The notes: generated from the letters alone by a model not told the origin. Positions 39,831 to 52,560 are shown, counted from the first letter of the stretch. The stretch: 64,000 bases of DNA from Dimorphilus gyrociliatus (GCA_904063045.1 CAJFCJ010000012.1:1240001-1304000); one strand, 5' to 3'. Numbers and translations: made by a program.

Positions 39831-42800
39831 TTATATTTGTAAAGCGTGCATAGAGTAGTGATTAGGAGCAGTCTTCTCCTCGATATATCGAAAAGGAGAT
39901 CTACCCGCAATAGGTTTTTGAACGATTGGTCTAAGAATCGGTTGTTCCGGTGATCGAATTGACTTTTTTATAAAAACGGGCCCTTGCTCGAATGATAAAT
40001 CTCTTTTCGGATTTGTTAATGAACTCTGTTGGAATTTAACAAAATCCGAGTGTAAATCTACCCAATCCTTCACTAAATTTGCTTCTTTTTCGATCGCTTC
40101 TACATCGATTGGTCCTTTTTCATAAGTAGGCCTATCATTCATCTCCTTTCGGCCCATTTCCGTGCTTGTCGAACTGGGTGATATATTGTCGAAAGCACTA
40201 TCCCGATTCGGTGATATATCTTTGCCTTTAAAATCATTCTTGGAATTGTCATTAATTTCTCTTTTACTTTGAGTATTTCGTGAATTATTTCGATTAAAGG
40301 TAACACGGCTATAATCGTTGGCATTCGTTTCAGCGGTAGGTGGCGCTTTCGATCGCCTTTGGCGAGACTTTCCTAAGTATTGGTGGAAATATAATCGGTC
40401 AGTGAGATCCCGGATAGTGGCATCTTTCTGAAAAATAAGATTATATATATTCTTGTTCTATGCTAATTACCCTTCAAGAAGATTAACTAGTATTTTGCAA
40501 CTACCTGTTTAATGGTTCTATTTAAATTCTCTATTTCTTGGCTGAGCATCTCTTCAGCATACATGTCCATATTATTTCCACTGCCTGAGCAACACATGAA
40601 CCAGGGTTTATCATTGGCCTGAGTCCTACGTAATGATTCAGTAAATAACAATCTGTTCGCATCGCTCGCTGTTCCTTGTGATCTTTGCTTTCGTGTTAAG
40701 TAAAGCTAAAAGTATAAAAGTTTTCAATTATATATTTCTTATTTATTTTCCCTTTCTATATTTTGTTTGGAAAAAAATCAAACCTTAGGAATGAAAGCTA
40801 AAGATAATGTAGAAACGCAACCGGACCAAGCTATTAAGCTTCCGATTGCGTACTTTATTGATGAACCAACACTGTCAGCTAACATTAATGGAACAGCAAT
40901 TATACCCAGGATAACAACAGCGATGATTAGAGCAAAAATTTCTTTAGCATCTTTTAAAGTTGGCAATGTAACGTGACGAGTTTTCCAAGTTGCCATTGAT
41001 CCGATTATTAATTGAATTAATTTGTATGCATAGATTAGACATATCCATAAAATTTGTAATGATGATCTACAATCTACAATCTGACGAATTTCATCCAAGA
41101 AATTTTCCGTCTATAAAGAAAATTCCTTGTATTATATATTTTTTTAAACATTAGCACGTGTGTTTACCTTGTAGCTCTTTCCCAGCAACTTTGCCTCACA
41201 TTTAATAGGATCAGCAAGAATCCAAGGTAACAAAATAATCAAATCGATAACTAAAAATGCGCAAACGGAAATCACGAGATGTTCGTCACGCGCCGTCTAT
41301 AATCAATTATAGGTAAACGACGTTAAGCATCAATAATTTTTTTACAACTAAAAAAGAGAACATTACCTTTCCATTGAAATTTATATTCTTAAATATTAAG
41401 TAAACACGCCAAGCCTTGGAGAATAAAGAGCAATAGACGATTGTAAATGAGCATGATAATAGAAATATTCCTGAAAAATGCTTGCTTATACTTTTTGGGA
41501 TAACGTTAGAAAATTTTAATAAGCCTATTGACATTTTAAAAATAGAGCTTTACCTGTACTAATACATTTTTCCATTACATGGAAACTAACTAATTTAGTA
41601 TCAATTCCAAATAGAACAAATGATATATTAGCTATAATTACCCCAATACAAATTATCACATTTATATTGGGACTTGTCATCTTGATCATTCTAGATAGGT
41701 GGATAAAGGAAATAAATTACTATACAATTGCTAACTCCATCTAGTGGTTACACAATATATATATGCAAATATATATATATATATATAAAGTATACATAAT
41801 CTAAATTAATGGCTTACTTGTCATTTCGCCACATAAGAATAAAAGTTATTATAACTATGGCGTAAAGAATGCAAATGAACATCAAAGCTGTCATAATGAT
41901 AAAAAGTGCTAAAGGTATGCCGTCAATTACTATTTTCTTTTCGGTGGTTGCTGGCTCCTTTAATAAGCCTGTTAAAAAAATTAGAATATAAAAAAACCTT
42001 AAATAGAATAGGAAATTTTTTCATCCTTTTATACCAGAATGCGCTATTAATTTTAAATTGTGTTCATATTTTCCAACAATCCTTATCCCTTCTTCGGTAA
42101 TTTCGTATATTGATGAATTAATTATTCTTTTATTATCGTTTCCAAATTCCAATCGACCAGTTAGACCTTCCATAGTATTTGTTTGAATAATCAATGAAAA
42201 ATTTGATAAGAATTGCTTTCTCGGCAGAGAATTATCCAGGGTCTGCATTCTAATTAGAGCATTTCCAGTAACAAGAGCAGCGTCGAAGGCGTAAAAGGCA
42301 TCTCTTTCGATGATGTTAGTTAGTTTATCATTAAACTTTTTCATTAAGCTTCTTTTAAGCTTTTCAGCCGACTATATGAAAAAGAAAGTGCAAAAAGAAT
42401 GGCACAACGGGCTCTTGAATATTTAAATTAAAAATAGCGTTGACAGATGGGAAACTTACGTTGTTGCTCTTAAAGTTCTCCTTTGCTACTACTAATATGC
42501 TATTTGTGACCTTTTTACCTTCACAAAGGAATAAATTAACTCTTTTTTCTAAATTAACTACTACGCTCGGAATAATCCATATATTTCTTCTAGGTATAAG
42601 GTCACGCTTTATTGTACAAGCTAAGTTCGAGAGTAAATGATCCCTTACGAAAACAAGAATAGGCCTAGTATTTGTATCCTGTTAAAGAAAAAAAAAAGTT
42701 TATAATTGGTATTAAGCTGATATTATTGTTATTGTTTGATTTAGTAATAATTACATGAATTGCTTGAATAGTGGAGTTTACGTTCCAAAAAACAGATACT

Positions 42801-43421
42801 TGTACAAGAAGCCCATTTTTTATGAGATAATCCTTTATTTGGTAGATAAATTTTAAATGAAAATCGTCATACAATAGCCAAACAGAATTCCATTGATTTT
42901 CTGCGAGAAGAGCCGTTACAGAGTTTAAAATATTCAAAACGTTTATTCCAGTAGAGAAGAGGTTTTTATGCCCTCTGGTAATCGTTGAATGAATCGTGAT
43001 TTGGGGTAGTATATTTTGAAAAAATCCTATATTAGGGTCATGACCCTGACAAAAATCCCCTAAAAGAATCTTTTGACCTGAAGAGGAAGAAGAAGAAGAA
43101 GAAGAGGGCGTAGAATAGTAGGACAGGGCTGATTCTTGTAATTTAATTAATTCCTCTTGAGTATTGAAACACTGTAGAATACGAACTTATTTAGCAGATA
43201 GTTATCGATTGATTTATTGATTGATTTTCATTCAATTTAAAAGAAGGAAAATAAAAAAAGAATCAAGCATAATTAACGTTAGAGCGTGGGAGTTTATCTT
43301 TATTTTGATTTTAATTTAGTTGATATATTATGAGAGAATATACGGTTTACAGTATATTATACAATTTAATGCATATTTACACTATAATTGTGTATATATC
43401 TATAAGGAGACCTCAAAAAGG

Positions 43422-43454
<33 letters not shown>

Positions 43455-43781
43455 TGTATATATAAAGATTCTTATAATAAAAATATGTGAATATAAAATA
43501 AATATAAAAATGAAAAGGTTGAAGAAATGATAATAAAAGTATATAAATAAAGAAATAAATCTTACTCGGGTATCAATAAAGTTCCAAACGATGCCGCCAT
43601 AACTTGAATTTAATAAACCCAAGTATTCGAATGCGTGAAGAATACCCTCCCTTTGAGCCTCTCCATTGATTCCCTTCTCCCCGGACAACGGTAGGAGAAT
43701 AGTGATATTAGAATTTATAGTCACCGATAAATTGGCACTATAGGTGGCGAGTAATAAACTGAGAAGTATTCTGTTCGCCAT
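39831..43781 (-). CDS. Highly divergent GABA-B-like class C GPCR (degenerate flytrap domain, intact 7TM, C-terminal coiled coil)
   Basis: Exon 1 (43566-43781) has a signal peptide and ILLPLSG...FIDTR, splicing in phase to 43171 (CFN..., the DTxC motif). Further motifs: AFYAFDAALV, EGLTGRLEFGND, MIKMTSPNIN, LFSKAWRVYLIF, IDLIILLPWILADP, LIYAYK...TWKTRHVTLPTLKDAKEI, SLAFIPK, coiled coil MLSQEIENLNRTIKQKDATIRDLTDRL. Confidence 0.82.
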
Positions 43782-44494
43782 CGCGTTGTATCCTAGACTG
43801 TCTGAAGGTGGAACATTGACTCTTTTATTTTTAAATGTTAAAAATAAATAAATAAATTGAATTGTAATGAATAAGAATAGTCGTGAGAAACTCTTACAAC
43901 GCCCGATACGTGTTTATTTACCTGGTGACCAGACGCAAGCAACTATAAATGTAATCAATATTCGTTCCACTACTTTATAATAGCGCCCTAGCTGCCATTT
44001 TAGGATATATTTAAACATACAATTAAGGTGTATAATTAGGGCTTATCGTATTTGTTTTTCATTAAACGTGCTACGGAATTTCATGTAGGCTCAAAATTTC
44101 CAATAAGAATGCTCTTGACAATCGTTTATATATACAACTTTTATACAGGGGATTTCTTTTTTTAATTAAAAGCGCTTTGTACGAAAGGCAAAATCCGACA
44201 AAATATTTGCCTTAATGTTAATTATTCAAGTGTCTGCTTAACAAAAATTATCAAAGGCTCCGTCGTTTCAAGTTAGGTGTATTGATCCTTTAAGTCATTT
44301 ACATTTAGCGCTTCCATAGAGTTTTTTTTTTCTTTTTTCCCTCTATTCTCATGTGACTAATCTATTTGTGTAATTAGACAGGTTCTAAATGGATTTTTAA
44401 CCTTCCTTCATCAATCTCTATCTGTCTTTTCTCCGCAGTTTTTCATCTCTCTTCCTGACTAGTTCCGCTATTGCTCTTAACCTGTCGCAATCTT

Positions 44495-44495
<1 letters not shown>

Positions 44496-44536
<41 letters not shown>
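44496..44536. repeat. Compound (CTGT)n(CT)n microsatellite
   Basis: Directly visible. Confidence 0.9.
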
Positions 44537-45141
44537 ATTCTAGTTCACAAGAATACAAATTATTTAATTACTTTGAAAGGATACTACAGAATGTAAATTG
44601 ACAATAATTTTCATTCTTAATCATTCAACAACTAACGTTAATACACTGCTAAAGCACTTACCTTTCTTTATCTTTCTTCTTCCTTCCCTTTGTCTAATCG
44701 AAGGGGATTTTTTTTGACTAATCTACAATTTCCATTGATTTTTTTTGTTTTTTTGTGCCGGTTTTATCGCTTATTTAAATTGTGATTTTTCCTTCACCTA
44801 CAAAAAATCTTTCTATATATCTGTTCTATAAATCTTTCTCCTCTTATCAAAACTTTCTATCTTTCTATTTTCATTCAGTTATTCAGTTATTTGAATATCT
44901 TCTGATTTCTCATTAGCCTTGTCGATCGGCTTCTGAATCCAGGTTAAGACAGGCACGAACAGTATCTTTCTCACACTTAATTACAACGATTGACTTTCTG
45001 TTTGTTTGTTCAGGCGAAAGCTTGAACAGTATCGAAGTTGCTTATCGCGCAAGTTGCAACTTGATTGAATAATCATATTCCTAACTGGCCGATAGGAGGC
45101 GGAAAAAAAGGCTAAAGAAGTTTTTTTTATATTTTTGACAA

Positions 45142-45151
45142 CCAGATGGCG
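45142..45151 (+). promoter_or_regulatory. CTCF-like motif between the divergently transcribed class C GPCR and Cys-loop channel
   Basis: CCAGATGGCG. Confidence 0.35.
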
Positions 45152-45875
45152 ATAGTATCAAGTACTTTTGCTGATTGAGCTATAGATGAACATAGTCCCA
45201 TAAAAACTACAAACTGTATTGTGCATCTCAGCTGTTGCAGAAATTATAGCTTTAGTAATAAATTTAATGGAAGCTACCAGGAAAAAAAATTGATGAAAAT
45301 ACTATTAGAATTATTGCATTTATATAGAAAATGCTATAAAACAAGTAAAATTTCAACAAGAAAGAACTGTAAGTAAGTAGAAGCTGAGAATTTTCATTAG
45401 TAGGGAGTATTATTAGAATATAATAAAACTAAAATCACTTAATCAATGAATATAATGATTTCGCAGAAAAGAATTTTCTTCATGTTCAGCTTTCGAACAA
45501 CTTTGTCTCTACTTATAGCCTATGTATTGCTTGTAAATAATCTTGGAGAGTTTAATGGCTGTTTTAAGGATACCCTATTCACTAGGCAGCAAATAGCTGA
45601 GAGGAAGTGAGTTTTTTCCAATTATCAATAGAAATACTACATGCAACCTGATTTATCAACTATAATAGAATATGAACATTACATATAGTGTACATGTAGT
45701 TGTGCACATTTATAAACATATTTCTATGTATAAAAGCACCAGTAACAAAGAAAGAAACAATGATAAGAGAAAAATCGTAAAAAATAATAACAACCATGCA
45801 CATGGTGTAGTCATTTATTTAACTATAATTGATTTCTATTCAGCTCATTTCTTTATTTATCAATAAGTTTTTTTT

Positions 45876-46622
45876 ATGTTGCTGAATATATATTGGAGGT
45901 TTCGTTTCTTTCTATCTTTATTTTCATTCCTTCCAACTTTCTTCTACCAGTTAATTATCTATTATAAATAATATTTATACTTGTTTACTGTTTATACCAA
46001 CATTAATATTAATAATCATCATCAAGGCTTTAATACTTAATAATATTTAGTGAATTATAAATATTTTATAAATTGTTTAGCAAACTTTTCTTCCTTAACT
46101 TAAGATAGTAAAATCTTTATCTTGTAAACTTTTCCAAAGATTACTGCTTTTAGCAGATGATACAATCCTAAAATGTTCGATTGAGAGAGAAAGATTTACA
46201 GTTTACTTAGGTTTCATCTACTATTAAAGTTTTCGAATGTTACAGCAAATATCTAGGTAAAAATATTTCAACAGAGGCGTATAACTATCAATGGCCTGTC
46301 TAAGTGTAGCCTTTTCAAAAAGAGAAAACAATTTTAGGATTAAATTGAGCAATTGATAAAAAGCTTAAAAAACACGAAAATCTTATTATTTCAATTTATT
46401 AGACTCTCAATTGAATCTTATCTTTTTTTTATCCTACTATAGTGACTCGGTAAAAATAATTTTGGATAAAGCCAATCCATATATAAGACCTATGACAAAT
46501 GGTAAAGTATATAATTAAAGTATATCATGAAACTGTATATTCTGTGTGTATTGTATGAATTTTTCATTTCCAATCCTTTCTTAATTATCTTTAAACTTCT
46601 TATTAAAACTGTCTCTCCATCA

Positions 46623-46655
<33 letters not shown>

Positions 46656-48894
46656 ATCTAATGTCAGCCACGCTTTCACCACACAGGAACACCGACAAGA
46701 GTAATTTGCGATATCTACGTGAATAGTTTCGATTCTATCTCGGTTGATAACATGGCAAGTTATTTTTCATTTCTTGATATCCTTATCTGTGTAAAGAAAG
46801 AGAGTTATTAATTTCAAATATTTATACATCAAGATAAATTCAAAGTAACTGGCTTCTTTTTCCTTTTTTCTCTCTACATACTGCTCAATTATTCTTTCTT
46901 TCTCAAAGTTAATTCACTGTTTGCTCTGTAAGGTTTTAAATAATTGATGAATAAAAACTGAACAAAGGACCATTTATCAGCATTTTTTATCAGGGAAATG
47001 GTTAATGATGGTGAATAGTATAAAAATAACTCTAACAAAGAAGTTAAAGTACCAATTATATATAAATATTGAAATTCTGAGTATACTACATTATATATTA
47101 AGAGCAGTGCAAGCAAATTAATACTGGTTCCATATCAACTCTGTCGATATTTTGTTATATTATACAGCATATAGTGTATAAAAAAGTATCCTTATAAGTT
47201 ACAGTTACAAACTAACATGTCAGTAATGATAAAAGGTAATAGGAAACAAAAAAAGAGAGAAAGTTAAATTAAATATTACTCAAATATCTTTCAATATTTC
47301 TTATTTTATATTTTACTTTAGGATTTCATTGTTAATGTTCATCTGAGACAAAGTTGGGAAGATCCACGATTGAAGTTTTCATCCAGGGGTTTAAATGTTA
47401 CAAAAATGTCTTTAAATAGTCATTTATTGGGTAATATTTGGGTACCAGATCTTTTTTTCCCGAACGAAAAGGAAAGTAATTCACACTGCGTAACTGTTCC
47501 TAATCGACTTATAAGAATCTATGAGAACGGAACTGTTTTATACGCTTCAAGGTTTGAGAGGTCAACAAGGTTGAAATTCCTTCAAACTTTTAACATCTTT
47601 ATCTCTTCCAATAGGTTTACTTTAAAAAATTCTTGTCATATGGATTTACAATACTTCCCATTCGATAATCAAAAGTGCTATTTAAAGTTGGAAAGCTGTA
47701 AGTACATATATGTTTACAGATAGGCCTATTGGAATGTTAAATAATTGCAGAAGCCTGTAAACTATTTTAGCTAAAGTAAAACTCTTCTTTAGATAAATAC
47801 AGCCTATCTAGAGTATAGAAACTATATATATTTATATTATTTAACAATATATAATCCTTTCTATTTTTATTCATTAGTTGGATATTCTTCTGAAGAACTT
47901 CAATTCCATTGGCGAGATTCTAATCCGGTACAGATGAACACAGATCTAGAATTACCTCAATTTGACTTAATTAGCTATTCTACCGATGAATGCCACAAGT
48001 CTTATATAACGGGTAAAGAGATTTTATTTATTAATATCTTTATATCAAAAAACTGTGATATAGACAAAGGCAACGTAAATATTAACAATTTAACATTTAC
48101 CAGGTGATTTCACTTGCTTACGAGTAAAATTTAATCTAAGACGTCATTTTGGATACTATTTGATACAAAACTTCATTCCATCTTGTCTTATTGTTGTCCT
48201 CTCGTGGGTATCATTTTGGATTAATATCGATGCTGTTCCTGCCAGAATTTCAGTTGGAGTATTGACTGTTTTAACAATGACAGTAGATATATTTTTTTAA
48301 ATAATATAACAGTATATTTAATTTAATTCTAATAAGATTGATACGGAAAGAGGATTATTTATCTTCTCTTATTTTAATTTATTTTATTTTTTCATTAAAT
48401 CTAGACACAGAGCGTTGGAGTTTGGATGTCTCTTCCAAGAGTATCCTATGTCAAAGCTATTGATATTTGGATGTCTACCTGCGTTATGTTTGTCTTTATG
48501 GCTATGCTAGAATTTGCAGTTGTCAATACACTGGCAAGAAAGGAAATAAGAAAACTAAGCAAAAGAGCGTATGATACCTACAAAAGAGAAAATATTCCTA
48601 ACGACTTGGTATGTTTTAGCGTAAAATATATCTAGGTTATGAATATAAAAAAATTAATGCTTGTTTATATAAAAGAGCTCTGTCTATATGATTTATGGAA
48701 TTATATAGTTTACGTTTCTCCTTTTACTGGTGTAGATCAAAAGATTATTGGACGAGTATGCTTATGGTACTACTAAAAAGGACAAAAATAGCCGACAGAT
48801 GGCGCGAACCGTCGATAAACTTTCTAGGAGACTGTTTCCGTTCTTATTTGTGGCTTTTAATGTCGTTTACTGGTGCGTGTTCCTTTTGACTTGA
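45876..48894 (+). CDS. Cys-loop ligand-gated chloride channel, glycine receptor / GluCl-like
   Basis: Exons include 46443-46501 (NPYIRP), the 68-nt exon 46687-46754 and 47322 onward. Motifs: [12 protein letters not shown], Cys loop [15 protein letters not shown], second loop [12 protein letters not shown], anion-selective [40 protein letters not shown]. Exon 1 (45876-45949, hydrophobic leader, phase 2 matches) is tentative. Confidence 0.88.
46623..46655. repeat. (CT)n microsatellite in a Cys-loop channel intron
   Basis: Directly visible, just upstream of the 46686 acceptor. Confidence 0.9.
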
Positions 48895-48968
48895 AAGTGT
48901 CTTTTTTTTTATTATCATAAAGGAAATAACAGCTGTTTAATAGTTATGCAAAAAATTACACCTTATTT

Positions 48969-49006
48969 GAGATAAGACTACTATATAAACTCGACTGCCT
49001 AATAAA
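48969..49006 (+). promoter_or_regulatory. Candidate GATA + TATA promoter of the serine protease, overlapping an AATAAA that may terminate the upstream channel gene
   Basis: AGATAAG at about 48970, TATATAAA at 48982-48989 (about 75 nt before the ATG), AATAAA at 49001-49006. Confidence 0.4.
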
Positions 49007-49063
49007 ATATTTTGCGTTTAACGTCTTTCGTCAAGTTATAGTAGTAGTAGAGAATTCTACACA

Positions 49064-50299
49064 ATGCAAATATACCTTTTGATCACCGTTTTTTCATTAG
49101 CAGGTATAAGTCTATGCGTCTACTTTTTTAATTAAAACTCTTCTTTCCTGTCTTTTCACTGTCTTCGCATTTATTTTGTTTTGTTTTACAAATACAAATT
49201 AGAACGGGAAGTTATAATTATTAATAAAAAAAAAATATTACAGCCGCTTCTCAACAACGTATTATCAATGGTGACATATCAGCTAAGGGTAGGCATCCTT
49301 GGCAAGTATCTTTACAAAGGAGAAACGACGAAGGAGAATTTAGGCATTCTTGTGGAGCGTCTGTAATAACGAACCGATGGATTTTAACTGCAGCTCATTG
49401 TGTCATGCTTAACGAACATCCTGGAAACTATTCTGTGAAGATAGGAATGTTTAACAGAACCGCTAATGATTTTGAGCAGTGGCTTGCTGTAGAAAAAATA
49501 ATTGAGGTAAGTCTCGTCTTATTATTATTCTTTTCGAATGACACCGTCCTTTCTCTTTATCTTTTTTTTTTTGTTCCTCGCAATATTAGCGTTGTTTATT
49601 TTACAGCACGAAAACTTTACTTTAACCTTCCTTACTGGCTTACCAGACGATATTGCTCTAATTAAAACGACTGAAGATATTGATCTCGGAAACGAATTCA
49701 TATCTTCAATTCAACTAGCCGAACCAGGAAGTTCCTGGGTTAACAACAGTAATTGTTATATATCAGGCTGGGGAAGAGATGGTAAGTAATTCTAAAAATA
49801 CCATTCGAAAGTTAATATTAAGAAATGTAAAGTATCAGCTTCTTCCGTTTTATACACCTATTGTATTCATTTCTTTTCTCTTCGCCCACGGCAGACAGAG
49901 AGACGTATATACCAGCTCCAGTACTTCGAGAGAAAAACATTCCAGTATTATCTAATAAAGAGTGTTCCAGAAGATACGATGAATCTATAATTGGACAGGT
50001 AATTCCAATTTTACCAGCACACGTTTGCATGGGAGGTGACGACTTAGATCCGGATGTCCACGCTTGTCACGTAGGTAGCATATATATTTCCTGTATCATT
50101 TTTTAAGCTTGTCTTTTTTTTTTATTTTATTCAACAGGGTGACTCTGGAGGTCCTCTTTCCTGCGAAAGAAACGGTGAATGGTTTCTAGTTGGTGTTGCT
50201 AGCCGTACGGGTTCCCCTGATTGTTCCGATTTGCCTTCCGTTTACATCAGAGTTCCCCACCATTACAAATGGATTTTAGAAACAATGGCAGAGAATTAA
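49064..50299 (+). CDS. Secreted S1A (chymotrypsin-fold) serine protease with intact catalytic triad
   Basis: Signal exon 49064-49103 (MQIYLLITVFSLA), activation site QQR|IINGD, HPWQVSLQ, HSCG, WILTAAHC, DIALIK, CYISGWG, HACHGDSGGPL, stop at 50297-50299. All introns GT-AG. Confidence 0.92.
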
Positions 50300-51329
50300 A
50301 TAAGGAAATAACTATGCATTATACATAATAAATATACTAGTTATATTAAATAGAATTATATAGTGTATAGATAAATAAATACAAATAAACAATGTCTCTA
50401 ATATAAAAAGAAAGCAATCTTTTCCAATATTAAGAGAGAATATATGCTCTAGAGGTAAAATATAGAAATATATATACACTATCTAAGGTATATGGCATAT
50501 ATATTGTATATAGTGTATAGATTATATCGTAGCATCTTGGCTTATATCTATTCCAGCTGTAAATGTATTTGTTTGTGTATTTGTATGACATTACTTACAG
50601 TTATATTTCTAGTTTAAAAGAAAATGTATTTATAAATCATATAATAAGCGTATGGTATAATTATATTCAAGTGTTTATAAATATATCGTATACTATACTT
50701 ATACATTTACAGTATATATATACATATATATATATATATATACAATATAACAATATATAATATTATAATTATATTACATACACAGTATATATAGATATAC
50801 ATGTTTACTTATATTTCACTTATTAGAAGTCGAGTTTGAATAGTGTAATAAACGACAACGGTTCTGTGTAATTAAGAATTGATTGTCGTTCTAACTGCTT
50901 ATGTACTTTTAACTAGTGAACGTAATTCTTCCGTGAATAAAGGTCAAAGGAAAATAACACCTGCATGTCAGTTTAGAAGAGGATGTTCCTGGATTATTTG
51001 ATGAGAAACGACAACTTAAGGTCAATTTGACTATTTTTGCTTCAGGCATTATTCTCGTCTTTGTTTTTACTTGGATAAACTGCTTCCATAATACGGGAAA
51101 CGATAGAGGCTTGTTCTAACGTCGCTCACGGACGTTAATTTGCATTTTCATATAGACAATCGAATCGAGTGTCGACTAGCTCATAGTAGTAGAGATTTTT
51201 TTTTTTAATTTTATAGTAGTCGCTAATTTATTAATTAGTATTCAGTGGTTTCTTTAAAAGCATATCGTAGAAGGAAATTTGCCCGACAGCGAAAGACTAT
51301 TTGGTGGCGTTAAATTGCCTCCTGAACTA

Positions 51330-51420
51330 TAGGTGGCGCTGATTTGGAAACGGGCTCCATATAAAAACCCAGAGTGCGCAAAATAAATGGTCACATGTGC
51401 TTACGAATCTGTTCTGTAAG
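51330..51420 (+). promoter_or_regulatory. CTCF-like motif, TATA-like box and splice donor; possible non-coding first exon of the 52675 gene
   Basis: TAGGTGGCGC at 51330-51339, ATATAAAAA at about 51359-51367, T|GTAAGT donor at 51416; octamer ATTTGCAT upstream at 51138-51145. Confidence 0.3.
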
Positions 51421-51639
51421 TCTCATCATGGATAGTACGCTTGTTTGACTAAGTATAACAACTGCCCTCAAATTTTTCGTTACGTATATGAAGGATATAA
51501 ATCAATAGCTATATTATTTAATTTATGTTATAATCTCCTAAATCGAAAGTTAAAAGGTGTACAACAGTGTCTGTGATACCAATAAACATATTGTTCGTGT
51601 ACTTGTTTCAACTATCTATTCACGTTTATATTTCATAAA

Positions 51640-52110
51640 CCTGTGCATATACATATATATACATATATATATATATATATATTTATATATAATTATACTT
51701 TCTACATATGTTAGACATTTAAACATGTCTAAATTTCGAATGAAAGAAGAAATATAATAAATACTGATATATGTATATATATATGTATATACATTTATAT
51801 TTATTATTCTAAATTGAAAGTCTAATACGTGCATATAAAGATATAAATCTCTTTAATTACTTAGAAGTATACATATATATATATATATATAATATATATA
51901 TATAAACACGTACAGTTAATCGCTAAAAAAAGATTTATAACTTTATACGTAGTCTATGTCTTCATTTATATATGTGTGAAAATCTTGCAGCACGTTTTAA
52001 TTGTTTCTCAAAACCATAGAAATGTAAATTTATATGAATTGATCTATATACATTTATATAAATATATATATATATATATTTATATATACTATATACTATA
52101 TACTATATAC

Positions 52111-52146
<36 letters not shown>

Positions 52147-52419
52147 ATATATATATATGGTATATATTCTAATACATACATATATGTATATGCATGTATG
52201 TATTTATACAAATACATATATGACAAAATCTTTATATATATACACTTAGGTAGATAGATAGAAAGACATAGACATACCTATGCTATATATATATATAAAT
52301 ATAATACACATAATATAGGTGTAAAAGTTTATATCTTGCTATCCTGATTCATCTCTTCAAGTATATATATTGACATATATACATATACATAGATATACAT
52401 AGATATATAAATATATATG

Positions 52420-52466
<47 letters not shown>

Positions 52467-52560
52467 TTTTATATATGTATATATATATATGTATGTATAT
52501 ATATATATAAATATATATATTTATATACATTCATATACCTATACACGTATAAAGTCATTG
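51640..52560. repeat. Degenerate (TA)n / (TATG)n low-complexity block
   Basis: About 0.9 kb dominated by interrupted TA dinucleotide runs. Confidence 0.85.

Noticed and set aside
40337-40346. TAGGTGGCGC CTCF-like match (and TAGGTGGCGA at 43741)
   Set aside because: Inside coding exons and explicable by the protein sequence; excluded from the boundary-motif argument.
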